This document shows, piece after piece, positions 45,880 through 59,722 of a stretch of 64,000 nucleotides of DNA (position 1 is the stretch's first letter; every line of letters begins with the position of its first letter). Under the pieces are notes generated by a model. The model was given only the letters and a program-made list of their open reading frames with translations, did not search any database and was not told the DNA's origin. The translations under genes were made by a program, and so were the position numbers. The DNA lies in assembly GCA_029953675.1 (NCBI GenBank), contig JAMWBK010000011.1, forward strand, positions 62,001 through 126,000, read 5' to 3'. The DNA comes from Rhodosorus marinus CCMP1338 (Eukaryota; Plantae; Rhodophyta).

Positions 45880-48800
45880 CTATGTTCTTGAGCCTCCCCT
45901 CCGTCCTCGTCTCGACCTCTGTACACCCCGGGATGTCCTTCCACGTCCGGCCCTCACCGCGGAATGTACGCCTTCTATATCGCGAGCGGTAGCTGTCCTC
46001 CTTGGTCGAGGCTCTCCAGTGAGTTCCAGGACGGTATGGTAGGCTTGATCGCACCAGATACAGACTAACAGGCATTGAGGTGTTCCCGGGGGAAGCATAG
46101 TCCGCAAGAAGGTCATCTCAAGTTTCTTCGCCGCGCAGTTCGTGCAAGTGGTATCCGTCACCACGACGCCCTCCACAAACCTCGGGAAAAAGTAGGCAAA
46201 GTTGCAACGGGAGCTGCTGCAGGAAACCCTGAACAGGTTGGTCTTCCTCACATTGCACGGGCTTGAACACCAAGGGCATACACAACAAACCGTATCGGAA
46301 CCACCGACCACCGCCGTGGCAAGAGGACATCCTGCTTGGGAACAGTTGAAACATCGAAAAGCGCCCCTTGGCTGTCCGCTCGCATTCACTTCCCTCGCCG
46401 AAGGCGGATCATTGTAGCACTTGGGACAAATCTTGTATTCTGTATTCCTCTCCGAATTCTCAATCCGCACGACCTGTTCAGTCGTGAAACTTCAGCAAAG
46501 CAGTTGGCGTTCGAACAAGGAGAGAAAGTCCAGGCGGTCTCTACCTCAAATCCACAAATAGGACAAGTAGCCCCAAACGCATGAAGAGTTCCGAAGGGAG
46601 GCATCACGAGGTTTAGTTGGCAGCTGCTACAAGTGAGCGCCCGTCGTACAGGTTCGGTGGTCCGAGCATTTCCACGACGTCGTGCAGTCGGTTTGTTTAG
46701 CTGCTTCAGAGCGAGCCGGTTGGTGCAGGCACCACATCGAGTAACTTCCGGCTGTAGGATTCTCCAAGAATCCTATTTTTTTGCGGGAGGTTTTAGAGGG
46801 TGGGAGTTTTAGATCGGTTTAAAACGTGTTCGAGGACGGAAGAAGAAAGCTCTTTCGGGGTTTGTCGTTACCGTCGCATTGGGCTGGACGAATATCCGCC
46901 GAAACACTTCGTCTAAAGACCTCGCGTTGTTCTCCAAGAGCTCGTACATGCTGCCAAAGGACGAGAGAGCGCTCTCGAGCATCTCGTTTTTCCCAATACT
47001 ATTGGTCGAAATCTGTTTCAGGCTTTGTTCCTGAAAAAGCACAAGGGGAGGAGTAGTATCTCAGCCCACTAGGTCGAACGGTCTCCGGGTTTAAACGCTC
47101 ATGAGCAACGAGCTTGGCGGAGGCTCCGACTCACCTGCTGCGCGCGCATATAAGGCCTTGCAAGAGAAACCTGGCAGCTTTCGTAACTCTCGACGAGAGC
47201 GAGGCCCAGGAGCTCCGGTTGGAATCGCTTCAAGTGGTTTTTCGACACGTAACCTCTTTCAAGAATCTTCTGTATATGCTGGGCGATCGTCGCGTCTGTA
47301 CCGATGCCATGTCTGTTCAGCACGAGAGCAAGAAGCTGTGTGTGAGGACTAACGAGCCCTTCATCCAATCTTGGTGTAGGGCACAGCAAGGGATGATAGA
47401 TACTTGTCCATGAGCGATATTAAGTCGCTCTCACTGAGCAGGGGAGGTGGTTCCGTCTTTCCGGTACGCAGTTCAAGGGCTTCAATCGGGGCCCGATCAC
47501 CCGTCGCCACAGGTGGCAAGTCCTTGTCCACCCAACGATCGTAGATGAACACCTCGTAAAACCCCTGGCGCTCAACGATCATTCCCTTGGCGTTGAACAG
47601 TTCGGCACCCACCTGAGCGACAATCACCGTCTCCGAGCCCTTGGCATCCACCGAGCAGCACGCTAGGAATCGCCTTGCGATGTACTCATACAAACGATCC
47701 ATATCGCGGCTCTCAAAGCCGTTTGGAGGAGCTGGTCTCGTCGGATGTATGGGTGGATGCGCCTCATCGTTGTTCCTAAGCGTCAATAGACCGGACATGT
47801 GAGCACAGAGTATTCAACCCAGGCCAGTACTCTATTTGTCTCGGAACTCACTTTCCCGCGCGAGGCCATTGGAACTGAATGGGGTCGTCCTGTGATGGGT
47901 TTAGCAGCCTCGTCGCGAACGAACCCCACCTTCTGTCGGAGGCCTGGTTCTGAACAAGCTCGGTGAGGTTGAGGTTTCGATTAAATACGTCAGTCTCCGT
48001 CCTCGGATACGAGATGAAACCTTGGGTGTACAGCTTTTCGGCCACCTGCATGGTGACCTCTGAGGACATGCCGAGCTTTCTCGAAACCTGCTTTTGCATT
48101 TCCACTGTTGCCAATGGAAGCGGTTTCCAACGAGTCCTCTGGCTCTTCTGCACCGCCACTACCAGCGCCTGCTCCTGGTCTGGCCCGATCGAGGACTCGT
48201 AGCACATCTCAAAGACTGCCGACGCGATGAACCTGCGACAACGGAGCAGGAGAAAGTCCCAGGTGGTTTCAGTCGACTGATACAGGGGGCCGGTGGTTTG
48301 CGAATGCCTATGGTCCTACCTATCGAACAATCTCGATCGGTTCCAGTCGAACTTGAGGCTGACATTACGGCCAGCATTAGCAAACCTCAGCGTAAGGTCG
48401 ATGACAAAGAAGTCTTGAGGAACGAACGATTGAATTGTAAGAAATCTGTCAACGACGAGGGCCAGCGTTGGAAACTGGCAAGGTCCTGATCGTTTATACA
48501 AAACGAGCTGTTTGAGACGCTGGGAAGACAATCAGGAAGTTGGATGGAGAGGAGCGTGAGCTCAATACCGTAACTGACGACTTGCTTCAGTTCCGAGACC
48601 AGAAACTCGTCACGGACGCGAGTCGTAAGGAAACGAGTAAACGCCGCGCCCGCTCGCAAATCGAGCTCCTGACGAGCTTCGACCATGGCGTTGAGCGGAG
48701 CATTGAGGCTGCCGAGATTGTCGAGAGCCTGCCGCATGTCTTGGGTGGTGATGGCAGAAAACCTGGCTCGTTTCACGAGCAGACGAGGATTTTTGGAAAG

Positions 48801-49365
48801 ACAGACGCTCATGACTTCGTAGGCAATGTTTTCCCCTTCCGAATCGCCGTCCAACCATAAGATCAGTACCGTGCATGCCCGCGCCTCTCGATGTAACGTG
48901 TTTTCGATCGGCTTCATCTCTGAGGGTACGTATGACACCAGATTCGAGGTCGATCGAGACAGGAGCGCCCTCTGAAAGCACAACCAATGCACGTTTATGA
49001 GCAGAGTATAAGGAAGCTTGAGAAAACCAGAGTCTGACTTACCGGCGAACATGATCCCCATTTTCGACACCGATCCTCAAAGTCCAAGACCTTCAAATGC
49101 CCAGATACGCTGGTGAAAACAAAGGGGACCCTCTGCCTATCAAGGTCACACTCAAACTCGAATACTTTGTTGTACGGAGAGAACCCAGCTCGTCTGAGAA
49201 CGGACACAAAAAAAACAAAAAAAAAGGAAAAGTCAGAACTCTACAAAACAGCACTTTCCTGATCCTAAAAACTCACGTCTGATAGCCACGACCTCCAGAT
49301 AACAGACCAGAAATCTCCTTCGCAGCGGAGGGCTTCTCCGCCACATTCAAAACCCTCACCACCAT
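45880..49365 (-). CDS. TOP3A: DNA topoisomerase III alpha (multi-exon)
   Basis: VLNVAEKPS, TSVSGHL, LWLDGDSEGENI, RQELDLR.GAAFTRF, SYGPCQFPTL, active-site GFISYPRTET, AHPPIHPT, GIGTDAT, followed by a Zn-rich C-terminus. QFPTL and PIHPT are alpha-type rather than beta-type. Confidence 0.9.
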
Positions 49366-50756
49366 CTAAATCCCCATTTCCATCACCAACCCTCCTAAGG
49401 GCGGGTGATGGATCTACTCGGTCTCCCACTCCTCACCCAAAAATTTCAATCTGACTACATTCTACTCCACGTTATCAAATCTAAACAAGTCCAAAGTCCT
49501 CTCCCAGCAGCTCCTTCCCCTTCAACTTAACACATCTAACACCGGATGTGATTGTCCCACTACGTGGGACGAACTGTCCCAGTTGAGATATGTTGCCTGT
49601 CCCTAGCTAAGGTGGAAGACAAGATGTGCGAAAAGCAGACATCTACTGCGGAAGGCCAGATGAGGTATGGTAGATAGAGCTCGGTAAATTTGAAGATCCG
49701 TATTGGAATTTCATAGACCGGCCTCGGTGGGGTGGAGAGTTTCGTCCTGCATCGACCGGGTGCCCGAGGCCTAATCGATTGGGATGTTTGAGTATTGGAA
49801 GCTTCAGGAGGAGGTTGCGAAGGGAGGGTAACTACACTCGAAAAACAGGGTGGAGGTATGACATTTTTGTTTGGATTCTTTTCACAGAACTGCGCGATCG
49901 GGTCCGGATACGGGTAATCAAACCCGGGTGAACTTGTTCTCGGTGTTTCTTGAAATGCAGTCGGAATTTACCCCTTTGTTTCTAGAAAGGTTCAGCATGG
50001 AGAGATGACGGCTATGGCCCTGGAATTTTCCATCCAGAAACATTTTCTCAACTAGGGAGCCTCTATTTCGACTGCGTGATCTGAGAATTCATCTCGGGAT
50101 CGGCACAACCCTGGAACACACAGGTGTACCTTGTAAACAGAGTAAGACGCCTCCCTCAAAGTCACCTCTCGCTTCACCACCGGCATGAGACGCTACAATA
50201 TTGTCGCGGAGTACCCAATTTCCCTTCCTATTACAGCTGATCTCCCTCAACTCGTTGACCTCTCCTTTCCCTGGGGTTCTAGTAGCGAGCAACAGGGGTC
50301 ATTTCTTAGGATACCTTTAAGGGCAATCCATCGACATCAAAAGGCAGAGTCGCACTCAAAGTACACCAAGAAATGACCACTGGTATCCATAGCTCGGTCA
50401 TCCAACATCGAAAGGAAAGGTGGTCGCCCAGTAGAGACCGAAGAAGAAGCACCTTGTCAAACTAAGGGAAATCCACATTTGACAGGCTGTCCCTAACCAC
50501 TGTCCCAATGAATGGGACACTTGGGACAGTCGAGATGAGCGTATGGTGACAGGGATTGAGAGAGAGGATGGGGATCGATTTTATGTTTGGGAGGTATCGA
50601 AGCTGTTCGGTGCGGGATAGTTGACAATGGTCTTTAGGGTTTTCAAGGGGTGTGCAGAGTGATCGGGCATAGTTGGAGTTTGTATCTGTATTTCTATAAC
50701 ATTAACCGATTGGCGGCGTGGTGAAGTATTTTCGTTTTCTTTTGTTACGATTCGTT

Positions 50757-51864
50757 ATGTTGGAGTATCGACAGTCGAGTGTGGTTGAGGAAGCGCATCG
50801 GGATGGGGGTTGGTGTATTGTTCCAGTGGATGGGGGGGAGGGGGAGGTTTCGCTGGTTTCTGGTGGGATGGAGGGCTCGATAAAGGGGTGGCGTAGCGGA
50901 TCTGGTGAGCTGAGGGAGGGATTTAGAGTGGATGGGCATTCGCTGGGTGTAGTGTCTCTTGCGAGGTCGCGGGATGGTGCGAGGCTGGCGACGATGTCAT
51001 TGGATGGGTACTTGAAGCTCTGGAAGTGGGAGGATGGTGAGGTGGTTGAGGAGGGTAAGGTTGATGCAAACGTTGCCGAGGCGTGGGGCCTTTGTTTCAA
51101 CCCAGATGGTACGCAAATCGCGAGCGGGAGCCATAGCTTTCGGGTGAACATCTGGTCGTGCGGCGAGGAGCCGACGCGGGAGTCTTCGTTGAAATCAGAG
51201 AGGGGGAGCATGGTTATGAACGTTGCGTATTCACCAGACGGAAGGTTGATTGCAGCGGGTTCCAGCGACGGATCGATCCAGCTATTTGACGTCGAGAGCG
51301 GATCAGTCAGTACGAAACTCCCTGGGCATGCTCTGACAGTTCGATCGCTCAAGTTTTCAACGACGGAGCCTGATATTCTCATCACCTCCGCCGACGACCA
51401 GATGATTAACATCTACGACACCAGAAACTCTCAGCTGACCTCCAACCTCCAAGGTCATAACGGCTTCGTCTTTTCCGTCGACCTTCACGACGACAACGTG
51501 AGAATTGCTTCCGCAAGTGCTGACAAGACCGTTAAGGTAAGGCCCTCCAGTCCTCAGCCTCTCCACACCATCTTCGTGCGCCATGCTGGAGAAAGTGTCT
51601 TCTTCGCGGAGAGCGTCGAGTCGCCATCAACATCCGTCTTCGTGAAGTGTACTAGAGATCTGTGCTCGCCAGGACGCTGAATACTGTGTGTGTCTCCTTG
51701 TTTTGAAAAAGGTATGGGACAGACGAGCAAAGGAGTGCAACTTCACATCCAAAGCACACGACGACTTGGTATGGGGAGCGTGCTTCTTCGACAATGGATC
51801 AAAGCTTGCATCCATCTCAGACGACAAGAGAATCTGCGTCGTAGACTGCACCAATACCGCTTAA
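50757..51864 (+). CDS. WDR61: WD40 protein WDR61/Ski8 (1 intron)
   Basis: AH.DG.W, GHSLGVVSL, AEAWGLCFNPDG..IASGS, VAYSPDG..IAAGS.DG.I.LFD, GHALTVRSL.FS; exon 2 VWD...HDDLVWG...LASISDDK. Confidence 0.85.
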
Positions 51865-52849
51865 TGTAAATATGTGCATAGAAACCTATGAGAGTCCAAG
51901 TGTGGTGTCACAGGCAAACAAAGACGGTTCGAGCGTCTTTCAAAAAGTGTTTAACCAGGGTGGAAAGGGCCAAGTTTTACCGCCGGTAGACAGATCCGAC
52001 CAGAGCGCCGTTCACTGTGCTGCAGACCAGAGCGAAGGGAGAGACGTTGCGATTCCACTGTCAACGTTCCCCGGGGACCCCTGAACGGGAGATTTTGGTC
52101 TGTTTAGAACTTCTGTCGAGAGCGTTAGCGTTGTAATACAGTAGGTAGCTGCCCAAGAAAGGCCAAGGAGTTGAGGACTCGACCCTGAAGTGCACCGTAC
52201 AAACCTCGACTGGCTGAAAAACAACTGTAAAAGAAGCTGAGCAGTTCATGAGGAAAAGTGTAAACTTTTTGAACAAAAAAATCAGAGACCCCAAAAGACA
52301 GGCTGTCCGTCAGTTTTACATTTTGATTGACCTAGCCACTAATTGATTGTCGGGGTAAGTCCCTCCCTCCGAGTGACTATCGAATGGACAGTTTTGGAAA
52401 GCTTAGCTACGGATTCCGCGGATTACAATTTCATCTTCGAATCCATGTGAGCATCTTTGAAAGGCAACGATTCAGTTTGCTGGCAGTTTATGTTACTGAA
52501 TGGAGGAGTGAATGGTTTCTATTCCCGCATGTGAATTTGCTCAATTGAGTGGTCTTCTCGGTTCTACAAACCCGCAAGACCCATTCCCCTGAGAGCTGGC
52601 AGTGCTTAGGATGTGATTTTTGTCAATGTGCTGCTAATGTAGGCGCCAGAGAACACAAGCCTGATTGAATGTCAACGAAGGATCGTGATCTTCTGTACTT
52701 AGCGGCTCGGCCTCGGAGACCAAGAAGGCAGTCAATCCGTCGATCTGTGAGTTTCGATACGAAGTGACTGCGGATTTCGGTCTTTCCAGGGCGGTCATTC
52801 TAACAGGGAGTTGAGGAGCAGCAAACGCAATTAGTCTAGTGGACTTTAC

Positions 52850-53520
52850 CCTGCAAACTGTTCATCACCATTCATCGAATCAACTTAATACCCCACACCC
52901 TCCTTCACAGCAGTTCGCTCGCTGTTGTCGTTTTGATCGGTTTGCCTCAATAGTCCACTCTGACCACTGACCGAAGACGGTGCCACCAACCCTCCACTGC
53001 AAACTGCTCATCAGCGCGGTCCGGCTTTACACGTGCTTGTTTCTCTGGAGGGAAACCACGGGGCTGGGGGGTTTCAACTCAACCTTGTTCAAAGCCAAAT
53101 GCTCGTTATCCTCGAAATGTCCTCGAAGGAAGTCGCTGTCGATCTGCTTCCCTTTTGGTTCTCCTCACCCAATGCCGAATTCAGTGCCACCAGCTGTCAC
53201 CGCTAACTGTTCATCACCACATTCGGGAGTGCACTTGCGTCTGCTTCGGGAGGAAACCGGCTGACGGGTTTCAACTGAACCCTTCCTGTTCAAAGCCACA
53301 ACCTCGTCGTGCTTTACGAACGTCGTCGATCTGTTTGCCTTATGGATCGCTCTGACCACAAGCGAATTCTGCGAACACCAACTTCCGCTAAACTGTTCAT
53401 CATTGCCTTCGGCGCTACATTGGAGTCTCCCGCTTTAGGAAGGAAACTGGAGGGGGGTTTCAACTGAACCCTTCCTGTTCCACAAACCACTAGGTCGGCG
53501 TGCTTGAGGGACGTCGTCGT
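52850..53520. repeat. Degenerate tandem repeat, 3 clear units plus a partial one, periods 198 and 189 nt
   Basis: Anchors gggtttcaact at ~53068, 53266 and 53455; aactgYtcatca recurs four times. Confidence 0.85.
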
Positions 53521-53667
53521 CGAGGGCAGAGCAAACCCTGAGTGAAGCTGCTTGACTTTTGCATCTCTAGTACATTGAGGAGGGATTAGCTATGGATCTG
53601 AATACTGACTTTATGAGTTGCTATTGTAATCGTGGGTGAGAGATGTGAAGATTTGACGCGCCAAAGG

Positions 53668-55305
53668 ATGTTGAGAGGAGGGGTTTTGGTAGGCAGGAGA
53701 TGTCTTGCTGAGGTTAGATCTGGTGGGAGTGGATTGAGATTGTATCGATCGAGCGGTCAGTTACTGTCTGCTAAGGTGAAGGAAGTTGCTGTGAGGAAGG
53801 ATGAGGAGGAGGAGGATGAGCTGGAGAGGGAGAAGAAGAGCGCTGTGGGTGGGTTTATGAGGGGTTTGATCGGAGGTAGGGAGGCTGCTGCTGAGGATGA
53901 GTACGTTTCTGAGGCGAAGAAGGCGGGAATTGATGTACCACCGCCGCCGCCGCCGCCAAGAAGAAAAGACCTGCAGGTGGTGAAAGTAAAGAGGAAAAAA
54001 GGGGATGACGAAGAAGAGCATACGATTAGGGACAGGCTGTTTTCTAGGTTCGCTGGGAGCACGTTTTTGAGGGGGGCGATGGAAGCGAGAGAGAGGATCT
54101 CGGAGAGAATAGACGAGAGTGACAACCCTGTGATCAACTTCTTCCGGGACATGCACGCGCGGCTGTTCTCGGAGACTGAAATGGGCTCCGTGCTTCGGGA
54201 GATCCGCGAAAAGGACGAAGAGTTCCGAATCTACGATTTTATCAAGGAGATGGAGGAGGACTACATCCCGAAGATCCTCTCCGCCTACCTCTCCAGCGAT
54301 CTCGAGAAACTGAAAGAGCTCTGCACAGACGAGGCCGTCGAGGTCCTCACGGCATCGATTAAGGAACAGCAGAAAGAAGGCATCCAGGTAAAAACATGCC
54401 TCAAAAGCCCCTCCCAACCCAAGGGAGCACTCGCGAACTGACACCTCACAAACGTCTCGCTTCGTAGATGGACCCAAGCATACTAGACATCGGCGAAGTC
54501 GAGCTCACTACAGCAAAGTTCCTCCAGGACGACCCTGTCTTGATCATCTCCTTCTCCGCTCAACAGATCAACTGTGTCAGAAACAAGGCGGGTGATGTCA
54601 TAGAAGGAAGTGAAAACGATATCCGGTGAGTAGAAAGAAACAGAATGGAGTCTGACAGAATCAAACTTTTGTTGCCGGGAGCTTGGTCTTGGATCAACCA
54701 TCATTGGTTGAATATGGATCCCGTACCATACTCATCGCACGGGTATGGTCCCACCCCATACTGATCGCATTAGTATGGGTCCCGCACCATACTCACCGCG
54801 TGAGTGTGAGTCTCGATCATACTCATCGACTGAGGTTGGATCTAGGACCGTACTCATCGAACGAGTACGAGCCCAGCTACCTTGCCGTCTTCTTTCTGAT
54901 CGGCAGCTGCTAATCGATCTAGGCCCTTCAAAAGGCAATGGATTAATTCCCGACCCGCTTTCGACGGACTCATGAGCCATTCTGTTTCTATGCTGGCGTT
55001 TCTATAGAGCTGTGTACTATGTTTGGGCGCTTGTACGTGAGTATGATGACGATGACGAGGATCAGGTGCCGACCGGTGGAAGCGCGGAACAGGATGGGGA
55101 CGAGCGATCTGAGAAATCGGAGGAATCAGTGGAATCAGCTGAGAACGGAGGTGAGGAGAAGGCTAAGACGAAGAGAAAGAAAACCCAGAAGGCCGAGAGC
55201 AAGGATGATGATGACAAGGGCAACAGTCACGGCGACGGTGAGAAGAAGCTTCCACCTTGGAAGATGATGGAAATGGTTATTCGTGGCGCGCATTTAACGA
55301 TTTGA
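53668..55305 (+). CDS. TIM44: Mitochondrial import translocase subunit TIM44 (2 introns, second 382 nt)
   Basis: Presequence-like N-terminus, ESDNP...SETE...LREI..D..F...F..E....IP.IL.AYL, |MDPSILDIGEVEL..AK...PVLIISFSAQQINCVRN..G.VIEG..DIR|AVYYVWAL...PPWKMMEM. Confidence 0.88.
54688..54870 (+). repeat. Intronic tandem array of ~30-nt stem-loop units (5 clear, 1 degenerate)
   Basis: Cores: ccatactcat-cgc-acgggtatgg, ccatactgat-cgc-attagtatgg, ccatactcac-cgc-gtgagtgtga, tcatactcat-cga-ctgaggttgg, ccgtactcat-cga-acgagtacga, separated by 7-8 nt linkers, inside intron 54626-55007. Confidence 0.9.
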
Positions 55306-55729
55306 ATGATGTCTCACCAGTTGCTTGCCGGTGAGAAGACTGTGGTTGAGGCGTTTGGAGCGAGCACCGACATTACCGCAGCACGGACATACTTGCCGTT
55401 GGGACTATCATATCCATATTGACGGAGATCTTCTTCGACGCCACGGGGTTCTTGAACAGAGTCTTAAGGATCCTCGATACGCCTGTGGCGAGGGTGAGCA
55501 GGTGGGGTATACGCTTCCACAAAGGAAGGCGTTGGAGACCAGAACATTTGAAGGGCCAGGCGCAAGATCCAACTTATCTTCTTGTCCTCCGGGAGGTTTT
55601 CGTTTCGGTGTTTTTGAAGGAACTGTCCCATGTCCCAACTGCGGGCTTGGGATTTTGTACAAAAAGGAGCAGTAAAAAACAGGAGCAAATTCACGGCTTT
55701 TCTTTTTGTTTTCGTTTTGGTGGAAAAGT

Positions 55730-56644
55730 CTATGCACATTTTGAGAGGACCAAGCTGGCTCCCTTCTCCGCGTAGTCGGCCCTCGTGATGGCGAGGGTTG
55801 AGTACGATCCGAGGGAGCCGAGAATGGAGCCCCCTCTCCAGTTTTGTAACGTTCGATCGTGACCTTTTGCGGCGAGAAAGTGGACACCGCGCGCCTCAGA
55901 CTGTTCAAAGATCGCGTTTGGGACACCCCGAACCAGAGATGTCCCACCGCAGAGTAGGACATCTGCGTTCGATACGGTTTTCTCAAAGTCTCCGTGAATC
56001 TTGTTGATCGATGAGATGATCGTCCCTGGTAGCGGTTCAGAGACCCACGCAGCTGCATCCTCCACTGCCTCGGTGGGTACCTCGATAGTGGTGCCATCGG
56101 GCAGTTCATACTTTTTGTCCTCAGACGGCTTAAAGTTCTCGCTGAACAGAAACTGCTTTGCTTCATCCATGTTGAACTCCGACGGGGAAATAGCATCGCG
56201 GATCCTTTCCGACAGGGCCTTTCCGCCCCCGTCGACCTTGGACACAGCTCGCTTATGGACGTACCCATCGGTTACCGGCGATGCCACCGCCGCAAGCTCT
56301 CCCACATCCACGACTACCGCGCTCACTCTTCCCATCGCAAACGACGACGCCGCCGCTCCCCTCAGCAGGAAAATGGATCCAAGCTCTGGACATCCCTCCA
56401 TCACCGTCCCCACAAGGTCAAGCCTCTCCCGGCCATCGAGAAAAGTGGAAGACTCTACCAACAACAAGTCCTTGACCCCATCTAGCCTCGATACTAATCC
56501 TACTCCATCCCAGCCTCCTTCCTTCCGAAGCTCAACCCCGACTTCCTCATCAGGTATAGCTTCACTCGCTTGTCCACTTCTCACACACCATGATCCAAGC
56601 TCAATCACAAAAGGTCGACCTTCAGACCCCCCCGTCTCACCCAT
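55730..56644 (-). CDS. Divergent, shortened actin-related protein, ARP4-like (304 aa, intronless)
   Basis: VIELGSW, SSFAMGRVSAVVVDVG, PVTDGYV, YELPDG, LLCGGTS, WRGGSILGSLGSY, DY.EKG...KC. DGYV and SLGS favour ARP4/ACTL6 over actin. Confidence 0.75.
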   Translation of the reverse strand: MGETGGSEGRPFVIELGSWCVRSGQASEAIPDEEVGVELRKEGGWDGVGLVSRLDGVKDLLLVESSTFLDGRERLDLVGTVMEGCPELGSIFLLRGAAASSFAMGRVSAVVVDVGELAAVASPVTDGYVHKRAVSKVDGGGKALSERIRDAISPSEFNMDEAKQFLFSENFKPSEDKKYELPDGTTIEVPTEAVEDAAAWVSEPLPGTIISSINKIHGDFEKTVSNADVLLCGGTSLVRGVPNAIFEQSEARGVHFLAAKGHDRTLQNWRGGSILGSLGSYSTLAITRADYAEKGASLVLSKCA

Positions 56645-57911
56645 TCTTCCTCAAATATACTAGACTAACGTAGCCCAAACGAATCTCAACAAGGCTTGAG
56701 GAGACCGCAAGGCAAAAACCTTTCAATCCCAGTCAGACCTCATTCCACCCCCATTAACTTAGCCGAACACTAAGATCAACTATTCACTAGACGAGTCAAC
56801 TCCCACGCTAGCTTTGCCGAAGGCAAAGCCTAATCCCAGCTTGACAAATCCACCACCATCTTCCCCAACTTCAACGAAGGCAGGCGAAGTCCAAATGCTT
56901 AATAGACTAGCCTACTGTCTTTGCTGTGAAAGACGACGATTTGAGGGTTTGGTCAGGTGCAGGTATGGTTATGCTTTTGTTATGGCTTTGGTTTGGTGAG
57001 TCGTTAGAAACTCGTGGAAGCACTGCGGAAGGCAAAAGAGAGTTCGCGGTCTCAGAGCGGCAGCCCCCTTCCAACCCCGACTTCGCCAAGGGGAAATTTA
57101 ATAGACTAGTCTATGATGGGTGCAGTGCAGGATGAGCTGGGTGATTCATTACCGTGGGTTTTACGTCGCTATACTTTTTTGCATCGATCGGTTTGGTCAG
57201 GGCTTTGAAACTCTATGAAAGACCGCGGAGGTAACCGCAGGCTAACAAAAAACAGAATAGTCCGCAATCTCTAGGCAACCACGCTGACGTCGACTTCCGC
57301 CAAAGGAAAAACACCAGATGCCCACTCCGCTGGGAAAAGCGAATTGGGGTTTGGGTTGCTGGTAGGCTTAGTATCGTTAAGCTTTTGTCATGGTTTGGTT
57401 TGATCAGTCTTTAAAAAATCTTGGAAAACCCACCGAAGGCAAACACACGGTCCCCAATCTTACAGCAGCACCTTCCAACGGGACTGACCGCAAATCAACC
57501 CTGAAGCAAAAAACAAAAACTAGAACTTCGAAAAAATTAAGACATCCCAACCAATAAAAACATCCCGTAAAGACAGTTTGTCTCAATCAACTATGCATTG
57601 GAGGCAGGTGAAGCTTAACTGAAAATCACTTTTCAACCGAGACATAAATTGCTTGCTAATATAAATTATAATATGATAGTTGAGAATCTAGAAACAAAAA
57701 AAAAGGAGCGTAAAGTTATTATAAGTGTCCATTGGAATTAGTTTCAGTTGGCAAGCTATTGGGAACCACGGATAAAGGGCTCGGTGTGGAGAGGGTAACG
57801 GGCTTGGGGGTGGGAGGTTGGAGGAGTGTGGGTATGGTTAGGAAGGATTTGGAAGGTTTTTATTTTGGCGTTTGATCTTGTATAGTTGTCTTGGAGGGAT
57901 TAGCGAACAGG

Positions 57912-59722
<1,811 letters not shown>

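Noticed and set aside
54688-54870. CRISPR array interpretation of the hairpin repeats
   Set aside because: Linkers are only 7-8 nt, the units are degenerate, there are no cas genes, and the context is a eukaryotic intron.
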